DNA of 29,335 nucleotides, taken from a virus. Lineage: Duplodnaviria > Caudoviricetes. This document shows, in pieces, positions 1 to 8,007 of the stretch. Location: IMG/VR virus record IMGVR_UViG_3300012663_000288, positions 1-29,335 of that record; one strand, given 5' to 3'. The translations under genes were made by a program, and so were the position numbers. The notes beneath the pieces were generated by a model, which ran no database searches, had not been told where the DNA came from, and saw only the letters and a list, made by a program, of their open reading frames with translations. Every line of letters begins with the position of its first letter. Position 1 is the stretch's first letter.

Positions 1-260
1 AAAGTAGAATGACCTAACGCAGTATTGTTAACTAAAGAGTTATTCCCTTTGCCAATTGTTAAACCTTGAACCTTTAAATCATAATTTCCCAAATCAACCG
101 CACCCGTTGCGCCGATGTACGGAACATTATTCAACAACGTACGGAATGCCGTTGCGGTTAATTTGAATGATGTTCCGGATGTTGGATCACCGATCAAAAT
201 CAAATCGGTTAACGCCGCGCCCGTCCTGGTATCTAATTGATTAATTTTTTTATTCGCCAT
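1..260 (-). CDS. Tail fibre / receptor-binding protein, N-terminal part (runs off the window)
   Basis: My translation from ATG at 260: MANKKINQLDTRTGAALTDLILIGDPTSGTSFKLTATAFRTLLNNVPYIGATGAVDLGNYDLKVQGLTIGKGNNSLVNNTALGHST. The MANKKINQL start, VPYxGATxxVDLG and NTALG motifs are typical of phage fibres. Overlaps the upstream stop; not in the ORF track. Confidence 0.75.
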   Translation of the reverse strand, partial: MANKKINQLDTRTGAALTDLILIGDPTSGTSFKLTATAFRTLLNNVPYIGATGAVDLGNYDLKVQGLTIGKGNNSLVNNTALGHST

Positions 261-1254
261 GAAATAATTTTGAATTATTATCGATTAAGAAATATTGATT
301 GTCGGCCCATAGCAAAAATTCATTTATGTCAACAACCGCTTGGCATTTGTTTGCATCAAAACGAACGCCAATTTCAACATTGATTGAAACGCCGGCGGTC
401 AAATCTTGCAATTGATAATCACGTATCGTTAAATCGTAATCCTCAGCAATGACCCATGAATGTTGGAAACCGAAATAATTCAACATCGCCAAAAAATCCA
501 TCGCAACGGATAACATATCGGATTTGATTTCGAATTCATTTTGTAGCGCGTTGTTTGCAATATCCATCAAATCAAAAAAATGAAACGTGAATGAATATTT
601 GCATAAACGATCCGTCAATGAAACAACCCCGGTTCGATCAAGTTCCGCGAAGCATGCCGGATAAACAACATCCGGGCCATCAAGGAATTCATCAAAATTC
701 CCAATGAAAAAATGATTGATTTGTTGATGTGATGTTGCCAATGCGCCGATCCTTGCCACCACTTGTTTCAATGTCAATGATGAATTCGCATATTCCGAAA
801 ATGAAAACGTTGTCGGAACTTGGCAACGATTCGCATCGAATTTGATTCCGATGGTTACATCAACGGAAACGCCACATGTTAAATCTTGTAATTCATAATC
901 GCGGATTGTCATGTTGTAATCATCGCCGATTTCCCAATCGGTATAATCTTGATCCTTTAACAATGCCAAATAATCCTGGGCCACGCTTGCCATGTCCGAT
1001 GTTACATCCCATACGTTTTCCAATGATCGGTTGGCGGTGTCCATCAAATCAAAAAAGTAAAACGTAAAATTCAAATTGGCCACGCGATTCGATAGCGATA
1101 TCGTTGAATCGGATTTCAATTCGCAAAATAACGCCGGATAGGTTACATCTTCATCATCCAAAAATTCATCGAATCCACCGATGAAAAAATGGTTAATTTG
1201 CCGATGGCTTTCCGCTAATTCCGTTAATCTTGATATGACTTGTTTTAACGTCAT
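250..1254 (-). CDS. Putative tail-completion/terminator-like structural protein with an internal tandem duplication
   Basis: 334 aa, acidic, two ~155-aa repeats (TLKQV..SH.QINHFFIG.FDEFLD..DV.YPA.F.EL). Lies between the adaptor-like and fibre genes; function inferred from position. Confidence 0.6.
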   Translation of the reverse strand: MTLKQVISRLTELAESHRQINHFFIGGFDEFLDDEDVTYPALFCELKSDSTISLSNRVANLNFTFYFFDLMDTANRSLENVWDVTSDMASVAQDYLALLKDQDYTDWEIGDDYNMTIRDYELQDLTCGVSVDVTIGIKFDANRCQVPTTFSFSEYANSSLTLKQVVARIGALATSHQQINHFFIGNFDEFLDGPDVVYPACFAELDRTGVVSLTDRLCKYSFTFHFFDLMDIANNALQNEFEIKSDMLSVAMDFLAMLNYFGFQHSWVIAEDYDLTIRDYQLQDLTAGVSINVEIGVRFDANKCQAVVDINEFLLWADNQYFLIDNNSKLFHGE

Positions 1255-1324
1255 TTATTTTTTCTTGTTGCGCTAAAAATAAACGCAATTTTTTTTCGTT
1301 TTTTTTCGATTTGTTTTTCGGCAT
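1193..1324 (-). CDS. Small basic hypothetical protein (43 aa)
   Basis: MPKNKSKKNEKKLRLFLAQQEKINDVKTSHIKINGISGKPSAN. ATG is 2 nt after the upstream stop and fills the intergenic gap. Confidence 0.45.
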   Translation of the reverse strand: MPKNKSKKNEKKLRLFLAQQEKINDVKTSHIKINGISGKPSAN

Positions 1325-1326
1325 CT

Positions 1327-1926
1327 TTAAATATAGTATGGATCATTCGAATTGTACCCGGCCGGCGGACGCTTATTCAACGAATAATCATCGCGCGGTA
1401 TTTCGGTTTCATCCCCCAAATATATTGGCGATGAATACGAAACGCGTTCCGGATGTACTACATCAACCCCCGAAACAAAATTCAAATATTCCGGAAAATA
1501 ATCATCGGCGTATTCAATCAAATAATTGCGCAACATTTTTGCGTAATGTTCCGCCCTCGATTTGTATTTCGCGACAATGGAATACATTTCCGACATGCTC
1601 GGTTGTGTTGCATTGTCCACTGTTTTTTGCGAAACGCCTTTATTCCAATATTGATAATTCAACCCTTCGGGTAATTCCGCCATTACATAATTGCAACAAC
1701 ATTCAACAATGTAATTGTCAACCAATGATTTGTAATTTCCGGCCAATGTATTCGTTGAAATGTCATTCAATATTTTATTGAACAAAGTTGATCCCAAAAT
1801 CGGCATGATGTACAAATCTTGAACCGCTTTGATTTCGGGATAAATCAATTTATCATCGATGTTATCATGCAATGACATGCGTTCCTTTATGACGGATGGT
1901 AAAATCAAATATGTTATTGTTGCCAT
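1327..1926 (-). CDS. Putative head-tail adaptor/connector protein
   Basis: 199 aa, predicted helical, directly downstream of the portal gene; AQD/VQDLYI.PILG..LF motif as in connector-like proteins. Confidence 0.55.
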   Translation of the reverse strand: MATITYLILPSVIKERMSLHDNIDDKLIYPEIKAVQDLYIMPILGSTLFNKILNDISTNTLAGNYKSLVDNYIVECCCNYVMAELPEGLNYQYWNKGVSQKTVDNATQPSMSEMYSIVAKYKSRAEHYAKMLRNYLIEYADDYFPEYLNFVSGVDVVHPERVSYSSPIYLGDETEIPRDDYSLNKRPPAGYNSNDPYYI

Positions 1927-1930
1927 TGTT

Positions 1931-3934
1931 TTATTTCTTTTTAATTACAACATGTTTCATCCACCCATGACGGCATTGGAATTCAATGGTTCCGTTGTTG
2001 TTCCAATATCCACCGGCGCGCTTGAAAACCGAATACCCCAAACGTTCCGAAAGTTTTTGAATATCTTGTCGGCTAAACATTCGCGATTTGCTTAACCCAA
2101 CCATTTTAACACAAAACGGCCTTGATGTTTTCAATAGTTCCGGCCCGGAAACGCCATCGCGTTTTTCATAGGTGTACATCACTTTAATTTCCGGTAATGT
2201 TCTTGCCGGTAACCTTTCCAATATTTTGCGGACGGGGATTCCGCCGACAATTTCGGCTTTGATTATTTCACGTTTAACAAGGTTCTCAACGATATCATCA
2301 ACAACGTTTGTATCGTATTTCAACGCCTCGGCGATTTGCACATTCGATAAATCCGGTTGTTTCTTTAACAACTCCATTATTTTGGCCTCCCTTTCGGTGA
2401 ATTCCGAAACCGCGGCGAATGACATTTTGAAATCATCATCATCCCCGGTGTAAACTTCGCTTTTTAATATGCTGAAATTTTCACGATTTTCCCCATATTC
2501 CGCAAACATGTCCGCGATGAATTCATCGGAATCATCCATGAATTGTTGATCCGCCATCATTGGGTTTTCATCTAATCCCAAATATTGATTGATTTGATCA
2601 TTGGTAAATCCGTATGCCGACAATTGAATTGATGCTTGGCCCTTTGTCAACTTACCCTGGCTGAACAAACGAACGATCCGCAAAAGGTTTTGTTGTTGCC
2701 TACCGGATAATTTTATCAATGCTTCATTGCCCATTTGTTCCGGCATCACGTTGTTTACGGCCGTTTTGATGCCGTATTTTGCCGGATCGATTCCGAACTT
2801 CTCAAGTATCCACTCCTTCGGTAAAAGTTCCTTAAATTGAACCGGATCAAGTTCCATGCCCACCGGCTCAACATCCTTCAAATGATATTCGGCATCAACA
2901 CCGGCAACCCCGGAAAAATACCCGACAATTTCCTCGATTTGTTTTTGCTTATGCGTTACATAGGTGTTTTTGAAAATCTCATAGGCCGTTTTCAATTCGC
3001 TTGAATTGCCCAACTTGCCCTCTTGTTGAATTCCAAAAAGTAACGGATGCGTGATATTATGGCCGCTAAAAATGTTATTCGTGATTAAATTATCAACCGC
3101 GCCGAAATCTTCCTTTGTTAAATCCGATGCTCCCAAATCATCAATTGTCGGTCGCTTTGTCGGATCATTGTTGAATCCGATTAAAACTTTTTTACCCTCG
3201 GCCCCGGTGGCGGCGTTTTCTAAACGCGCGGTGATTTTGCGCTTTTTATCTTCATCCGGTTCCCCGTTATAAAAATTTATGAATTTCGATGCGCTGAATC
3301 CGGTTTTCGCATTTGTTAACGTGTGCCTTGAAACCTCAATATCCGATTCAACCCAATTGCACGCCGCAACCCATGACGGCAACGCGTATGGGTTTTTGCC
3401 ACATCGGTATTCCTTAAAATAAAATATTGATGTTTTATTGTTCGATGGATTGAATGCCGGGTATTCCGCTTCGGGTTGTTCCCATGTATTGTTCCATTTT
3501 TTACGATAGTAAAAACATGTGTTATCCTCATTCGCGCGTATGCGATCGTATGACATGTGGTAAACATTGAATCCACCGGCCAATTTCGGGATGACCTGGA
3601 AATAAACACCACCAAAATTCTCAATGTCCAAACATGCCAATTTCATCAATTGATCCCATGATTGTTTTTCGTTGGCCTTTTGCAAAAATACCTTTCCGGG
3701 TTCGGAATCGGTTGTCAATCCATTACCTAAAATGTAAACACATTTCCCGTTGATGATGGCGTTGTGTTTTGCGGATTTGTTATACAACCACAATAAATAA
3801 GTTGGATAATCATTTCGATCGCCAAACGGAACGAAATCAACGCCACGCTTTTTTTCCATTAATGGAATGCGCGAATCGGCGAATTCCATCGCTCCAACCT
3901 CGATCATTTCATCATTTGTATTTTTAACCGGCAT
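1931..3934 (-). CDS. Portal protein with C-terminal extension (wHTH plus gpF-like Cys/His motif)
   Basis: FG.RNDYP.YL..LYNKSAKHNAII, DIENFGG, NIFSGHNITHPLLFGI and FKNTYV..KQ match the phage portal pattern. Start uncertain (3961, 3934 or 3907). Confidence 0.85.
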   Translation of the reverse strand: MPVKNTNDEMIEVGAMEFADSRIPLMEKKRGVDFVPFGDRNDYPTYLLWLYNKSAKHNAIINGKCVYILGNGLTTDSEPGKVFLQKANEKQSWDQLMKLACLDIENFGGVYFQVIPKLAGGFNVYHMSYDRIRANEDNTCFYYRKKWNNTWEQPEAEYPAFNPSNNKTSIFYFKEYRCGKNPYALPSWVAACNWVESDIEVSRHTLTNAKTGFSASKFINFYNGEPDEDKKRKITARLENAATGAEGKKVLIGFNNDPTKRPTIDDLGASDLTKEDFGAVDNLITNNIFSGHNITHPLLFGIQQEGKLGNSSELKTAYEIFKNTYVTHKQKQIEEIVGYFSGVAGVDAEYHLKDVEPVGMELDPVQFKELLPKEWILEKFGIDPAKYGIKTAVNNVMPEQMGNEALIKLSGRQQQNLLRIVRLFSQGKLTKGQASIQLSAYGFTNDQINQYLGLDENPMMADQQFMDDSDEFIADMFAEYGENRENFSILKSEVYTGDDDDFKMSFAAVSEFTEREAKIMELLKKQPDLSNVQIAEALKYDTNVVDDIVENLVKREIIKAEIVGGIPVRKILERLPARTLPEIKVMYTYEKRDGVSGPELLKTSRPFCVKMVGLSKSRMFSRQDIQKLSERLGYSVFKRAGGYWNNNGTIEFQCRHGWMKHVVIKKK

Positions 3935-4304
3935 AGCCTTTGTATATCGTTTCGGGTTCATAGCCTTGTTGTATTAAGTTTGCCGCCGGATTCAATAGCA
4001 TCTTGCCACATTCAACCAAATTCAACCCGGATGGATTCAAATTCGTTGAACTCGATTGCTCATAAACCTCATAGGAATATTGCCCGGCCTGGGCGGTTGC
4101 AAATAATGTAATTGTGTTAAACGTGTATATGTTGGCGCGTTCCGGATAACTTGATGTGTCGGACGCGGAATTTACAATGATTTTGTATTGAACTTTCGTT
4201 GATACATTCGTGAACACGAACAAATAATACGGATTGGGAATCGTTGTTGATTCATTCAACGTTACGATTGTGTCCGATTGTGTTCCGATTGTATAAACGA
4301 TCAT
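3924..4304 (-). CDS. Putative virion structural protein (beta-rich, head-closure-like)
   Basis: ORF 3924..4355. Start moved to ATG 4304 because the upstream part overlaps a terminator and the late-promoter motif. Contains GQYSYEVYEQ.S.TNL.P...VE.G. Confidence 0.55.
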   Translation of the reverse strand: MIVYTIGTQSDTIVTLNESTTIPNPYYLFVFTNVSTKVQYKIIVNSASDTSSYPERANIYTFNTITLFATAQAGQYSYEVYEQSSSTNLNPSGLNLVECGKMLLNPAANLIQQGYEPETIYKGYAG

Positions 4305-4310
4305 GTTATC

Positions 4311-4337
4311 ATGTGGCAAAAAACGTTCGTTTGTTGA
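4311..4337 (-). promoter_or_regulatory. Putative phage late promoter, copy 1
   Basis: TCAACAAAC-N10-TGCCACAT-N6-ATG, immediately after a terminator; same geometry as the copy at 14211. Confidence 0.7.
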
Positions 4338-4340
4338 AAT

Positions 4341-4370
4341 AAAAAAGGCCGCCAAATTAACGGCGGCCCC
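4341..4370 (-). terminator. Intrinsic terminator after the tail-tube-like gene
   Basis: GGCCGCCG-TTAAT-TTGGCGGCC followed by TTTTTT on the minus strand. Confidence 0.8.
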
Positions 4371-4402
4371 TCATGGAATCATGTGTAACCCACAACATGA
4401 AA

Positions 4403-4915
4403 TTATGTTAGCAATGTAGCCAGGGCGGTTGAATTTACTTCGTATGCAAGGTTTTTTTCATCGCCACTGAATGCCAATTCGTAACCATTACGATCGGCCA
4501 AAAGTTTGCCGGTCTTGTTTGCCGATGTGTCCAACATCAAACCATAATCGCGGCCATACATCCAACCGGTTCCGTTTTCATCAACGAAAACAAATATCAA
4601 TCGGTTTTGTGCCAACAACACCAATTCATTTCGAACGGATGCCGTCATTTTGTTGATCGGGAATTTAATCGTTTGCTTGTTAGTCAACGTTCCCATTTCG
4701 CGGTTTCCTGCATAGGCTTCATCGGCCTCGGCGGTGTGGGCGATCAAATTATATTTCTTGAATGTCTTTGTCGATGCTTTTGTAATCGCCGAAATAACGC
4801 CGGCGGATTCGGTAATCGCGGTAACGTTTTCGTATTCGATTACATAAATTTCCTTGATGCCCCCGAAATTGAATCGGCAGTCAAGGTTATATCCTTGGGT
4901 AAGTACGCAGGGCAT
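4403..4915 (-). CDS. Putative major tail (tube) protein
   Basis: 170 aa following the capsid gene; C......C....GGI..IY, VD.NG..W.YG and D.NGY.L.F.G.E motifs; followed by a terminator as expected for an abundant protein. Confidence 0.6.
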   Translation of the reverse strand: MPCVLTQGYNLDCRFNFGGIKEIYVIEYENVTAITESAGVISAITKASTKTFKKYNLIAHTAEADEAYAGNREMGTLTNKQTIKFPINKMTASVRNELVLLAQNRLIFVFVDENGTGWMYGRDYGLMLDTSANKTGKLLADRNGYELAFSGDEKNLAYEVNSTALATLLT

Positions 4916-4934
4916 ATTTGTAGTATTTTAAATT

Positions 4935-4959
4935 AGGGCCGGATAATATGTCCGGCCCT
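4935..4959 (-). other. GC-rich stem-loop after the capsid gene (stability element or partial terminator)
   Basis: AGGGCCGGA-N7-TCCGGCCCT perfect 9-bp stem; weak U-tract. Confidence 0.55.
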
Positions 4960-4970
4960 TATTGAATCAT

Positions 4971-5969
4971 TTATCCAAGATACAACACATTGTTAGCCTG
5001 GCGCGCAACGTGTGCGGCGATGGTGAAAATGTGTTTCACGAACATATCTTCACGATTGTTTGCAATCTTGTTGATTTCCATGCGATTGATATCGGCAACA
5101 AGATCGGTACACCAAATCAAATTTGATGGCAACGCGGCAACGATACAATTTTCGGGAACGGGAACGAATTTGATTTCGATTCCGTTGTAGAAATATTTAT
5201 CGGCCTTAATGTCAACGCTGAACAAATCGCGATATGTTGCACTAACATTGAAAATGTTAATGAACTGCTTATGCGAATATGGCGCGTACAAATACGGCTT
5301 TTCGGTTTGTGCCAAAACAACGGCCGGGATTGCGGCGTAAACTTTTGCATATTCGGCGGCAACATCACCGGCATCAATTGTGGTTCCGGCAACTTTAACG
5401 CGTGTTCCCAATGCGCCATTGTTGTATATCATCTTCGCAACAACACCATCAAATTGTGTGGCGGTTTGCGCTGCGGCCCATGTTTGTTCGGCGGCTCCAA
5501 CTGAACCCTGGCCGGTTCCCGGTGTCAACGCTGCGATAGCGGTTTTTGTTGCGGCGGTAATACCACTCCACCATTTTGTTTCGGCATCGGTTGAAATTTC
5601 TTTTCCGTATGCGGCCAAAACAACGCGTTCGAATTCGGTGGACATCATTTCCCATGCGCCCGGCTTCATTGACCTTTTGAACCTTGAAGGCCTCAATGTG
5701 TTGGGATCGAATTCTTGATAGTACATTACTTTGGTCGGTGTAACCGATGTATCATTCAAGGTGATCGTTCCCTGGCTTGTTGGTGCGCCGGATGCAAACG
5801 CTTGCAATGTTACCGCGTTTGTATTTTCGGTGAAAATACTTTCGTTTTTAACATCGCTTTCGAATGAAACCAAATTGTCTGCAATGGTTTTGTTTTCGAA
5901 TAAAAGTTCCTCCAATACCGGCTCGTATGCCTTACCGCGTATATCAACGATACTTGCTGAAATTGCCAT
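4971..5969 (-). CDS. Major capsid protein
   Basis: 332 aa in the order protease-scaffold-capsid; size and C-terminal pattern compatible with an HK97 fold. Confidence 0.75.
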   Translation of the reverse strand: MAISASIVDIRGKAYEPVLEELLFENKTIADNLVSFESDVKNESIFTENTNAVTLQAFASGAPTSQGTITLNDTSVTPTKVMYYQEFDPNTLRPSRFKRSMKPGAWEMMSTEFERVVLAAYGKEISTDAETKWWSGITAATKTAIAALTPGTGQGSVGAAEQTWAAAQTATQFDGVVAKMIYNNGALGTRVKVAGTTIDAGDVAAEYAKVYAAIPAVVLAQTEKPYLYAPYSHKQFINIFNVSATYRDLFSVDIKADKYFYNGIEIKFVPVPENCIVAALPSNLIWCTDLVADINRMEINKIANNREDMFVKHIFTIAAHVARQANNVLYLG

Positions 5970-5970
5970 T

Positions 5971-6147
5971 TTATTTTGTTTTAGATTTTGAAATTTTCTT
6001 TTCGGTTTCTACTTCCTCGATTTGATCCGGGAACCTTTTTTGCAAATGCTCCAATTGTTCTTGGCTCAAATTCGATTCCGATGTGAACGGGTTTGATGCC
6101 GGGCCGTATGCCCAAATTTCAATCCCATCTTTTATTTTTAATGCCAT
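5971..6147 (-). CDS. Small hypothetical protein (58 aa) between scaffold and capsid genes
   Basis: MALKIKDGIEIWAYGPASNPFTSESNLSQEQLEHLQKRFPDQIEEVETEKKISKSKTK exactly fills the gap; below the ORF-track cutoff. Confidence 0.7.
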   Translation of the reverse strand: MALKIKDGIEIWAYGPASNPFTSESNLSQEQLEHLQKRFPDQIEEVETEKKISKSKTK

Positions 6148-6150
6148 TTA

Positions 6151-6702
6151 TTAAAAGTTTTTTGATGCGCGGAATTTTTCCAATGCCGACATTTCATCAA
6201 ACGATTTCACCTTTTCGGTGGGTTGTTGAACGGATGTATTCGCGATGGTTTCCACCAAAGAAAACATTTGTTTCAATGTTTCCGCTTGTTTGTCGATTGT
6301 GTTTTTTTGCTCGGCAATGGTTTGCTTCAATTGTGCGATGTCGGTTTTCGCGGCCGCGAAACCTTGTTGGAAATCGCTAAACATTCCGGGTAGTTTTTTC
6401 ATCGCTTCAACTTCAACCTCAACAACGGGCGCAACTTCGGGTTGCTTTACTTCGGTAATCAATCCGCCGGCAACAACAATTTTTGAACCATCTTCGAATT
6501 CATGTTCGCCATCCGGTGCCGGTTCGCCGTTCAATGTAACCGATCCGCCAATTTCCAACTTATCGATGGAAACAACCGCGCCGGATTTCAATTTGTATTC
6601 CATGAACTTTTGCGGTTCCGCCGGAACCGGTGTTGCCAATTGTTTTTCCATATCGCCAAAAACCATATTTCTTATTTTTTCAACTGCTTCCTTTGGTGTC
6701 AT
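6151..6702 (-). CDS. Putative capsid scaffolding protein
   Basis: PAPDGEHEFEDG..IVV..G.ITE motif plus C-terminal coiled coil; upstream of the capsid gene. ATG 6702 preferred over TTG 6729. Confidence 0.7.
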   Translation of the reverse strand: MTPKEAVEKIRNMVFGDMEKQLATPVPAEPQKFMEYKLKSGAVVSIDKLEIGGSVTLNGEPAPDGEHEFEDGSKIVVAGGLITEVKQPEVAPVVEVEVEAMKKLPGMFSDFQQGFAAAKTDIAQLKQTIAEQKNTIDKQAETLKQMFSLVETIANTSVQQPTEKVKSFDEMSALEKFRASKNF

Positions 6703-6747
6703 GTGATTATTCTTTTTTGTTTGTGGCAAAATTTAAAAGGTTGTTGA
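6701..6747 (-). promoter_or_regulatory. Putative phage late promoter, copy 2 (with a possible tandem second unit)
   Basis: TCAACAACC-N10-TGCCACAA (6721-6747), overlapped by GCCACAAAC-N10-AATCACAT (6701-6727). Confidence 0.6.
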
Positions 6748-7989
6748 ATTTAAAATTTCAACTATTTTTTCAAATTGTTCCGCGTATTCATCTTTTTTCT
6801 TCATTCCAAAATTACCCTCAACGCTGAATCCCTTTATCATTCCATCCTTTACCATTTGCCACGCGACATCATTTTCAACGTACATTGAACCGAACAATGA
6901 TCCATCGGCCAAATCTTCAAACCCTTTCATCGGACGGATTCCGCGCGCTTTATCGGATTGGAATATTTCAAACAACGTAACCCCGGGAACCTTCATATCC
7001 GCGTTGTGCATCAAATTAACGTTGTTATGAAATCCCATTTTCGCCAACTTGATGGCAATTTTCTTGATTGTTTCCGGTGAAAAGAAAACCTCATAATCCC
7101 CCAATTCCGGATCGGTTCGGAATATCCTTTGATTCGCAATCATCAATGGCCCGGATATGATTCGCTTTTCTTCATCTTGAATCGCGAATGATCCGCGATC
7201 GATTTGCTTCAATTTACGTTCCGCCCATGCGATACCTTCATCGCCACCCCAACACAACCACATCAAACGGCCGCACCCTTCGCCCAATGGACGATCTGAA
7301 TTCTGTTTGTGCCTCTTAAACGCGGACATCCGGGCGATCGTTTCACGCGTCAACTTTTCGCGGTTCGCGATTTGGTTGGCTCTTATTTTCCCGGATGCTT
7401 CGCCACATTCACCCCATCCGTTTTTTTCAACCCAACGTAACGCCGTTTTTGCATTTTCAACGGCGGCATCCGGGTAATCATTCCATGATTCCGCGAATAA
7501 TTGCGGCTTGTTTACATATTCGCAATTGTGGCATTTGTACGGCATTTCGCCACCATCGGTTAAATTCCATGAATGTTCGCAATTGGCGCATTGAATGAAC
7601 AAATCGTTCATGTGGTACAAATAAACGCTATGGGCCGAATGTACGGCCCCGGACATCAATTTCCCGAATGAATCCAAATGCGTTGGCCCGGTGTATGGTT
7701 TGCCGTCCTTTGTGTAATGCGTAACGCCATCCGAAAAATGTTGATCCCACATCGAATAACAAATGGCGGCGGCTTGCCCGGCTTCCTTGCCTTCGCTAAC
7801 AACATAGGAAATGCAACGCGGAATGAAATCATCTTTGCGTTCGCCCTTTGTTGGCTCGACAAACTGATCATTGAATTTCACAAAATCTTTTTTAATCGCC
7901 GGGCGATCAACCAGGGCGATGAAATCAACCATTAAATCCGAATCCATATCATCGGAAATCATCATTTCATAAACGGGTAATTTTTTCAT
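6733..7989 (-). CDS. Prohead serine protease, XkdF-like, with inserted modules
   Basis: N-terminal IALVDRPAI; C-terminal DEEKRIISGPLMIA, N.MH and W.MVKDG.IKGFSVEG, typical of XkdF/Peptidase_S78_2-like proteases. Confidence 0.8.
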   Translation of the reverse strand: MKKLPVYEMMISDDMDSDLMVDFIALVDRPAIKKDFVKFNDQFVEPTKGERKDDFIPRCISYVVSEGKEAGQAAAICYSMWDQHFSDGVTHYTKDGKPYTGPTHLDSFGKLMSGAVHSAHSVYLYHMNDLFIQCANCEHSWNLTDGGEMPYKCHNCEYVNKPQLFAESWNDYPDAAVENAKTALRWVEKNGWGECGEASGKIRANQIANREKLTRETIARMSAFKRHKQNSDRPLGEGCGRLMWLCWGGDEGIAWAERKLKQIDRGSFAIQDEEKRIISGPLMIANQRIFRTDPELGDYEVFFSPETIKKIAIKLAKMGFHNNVNLMHNADMKVPGVTLFEIFQSDKARGIRPMKGFEDLADGSLFGSMYVENDVAWQMVKDGMIKGFSVEGNFGMKKKDEYAEQFEKIVEILNSTTF

Positions 7990-8007
7990 TTATATTATTT
8001 TTTTGTT

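Noticed and set aside
250-1254. Internal duplication as a DGR template/variable repeat pair or a misassembly
   Set aside because: Differences are not adenine-specific, both copies are in one reading frame and diverged, and no reverse transcriptase is present.
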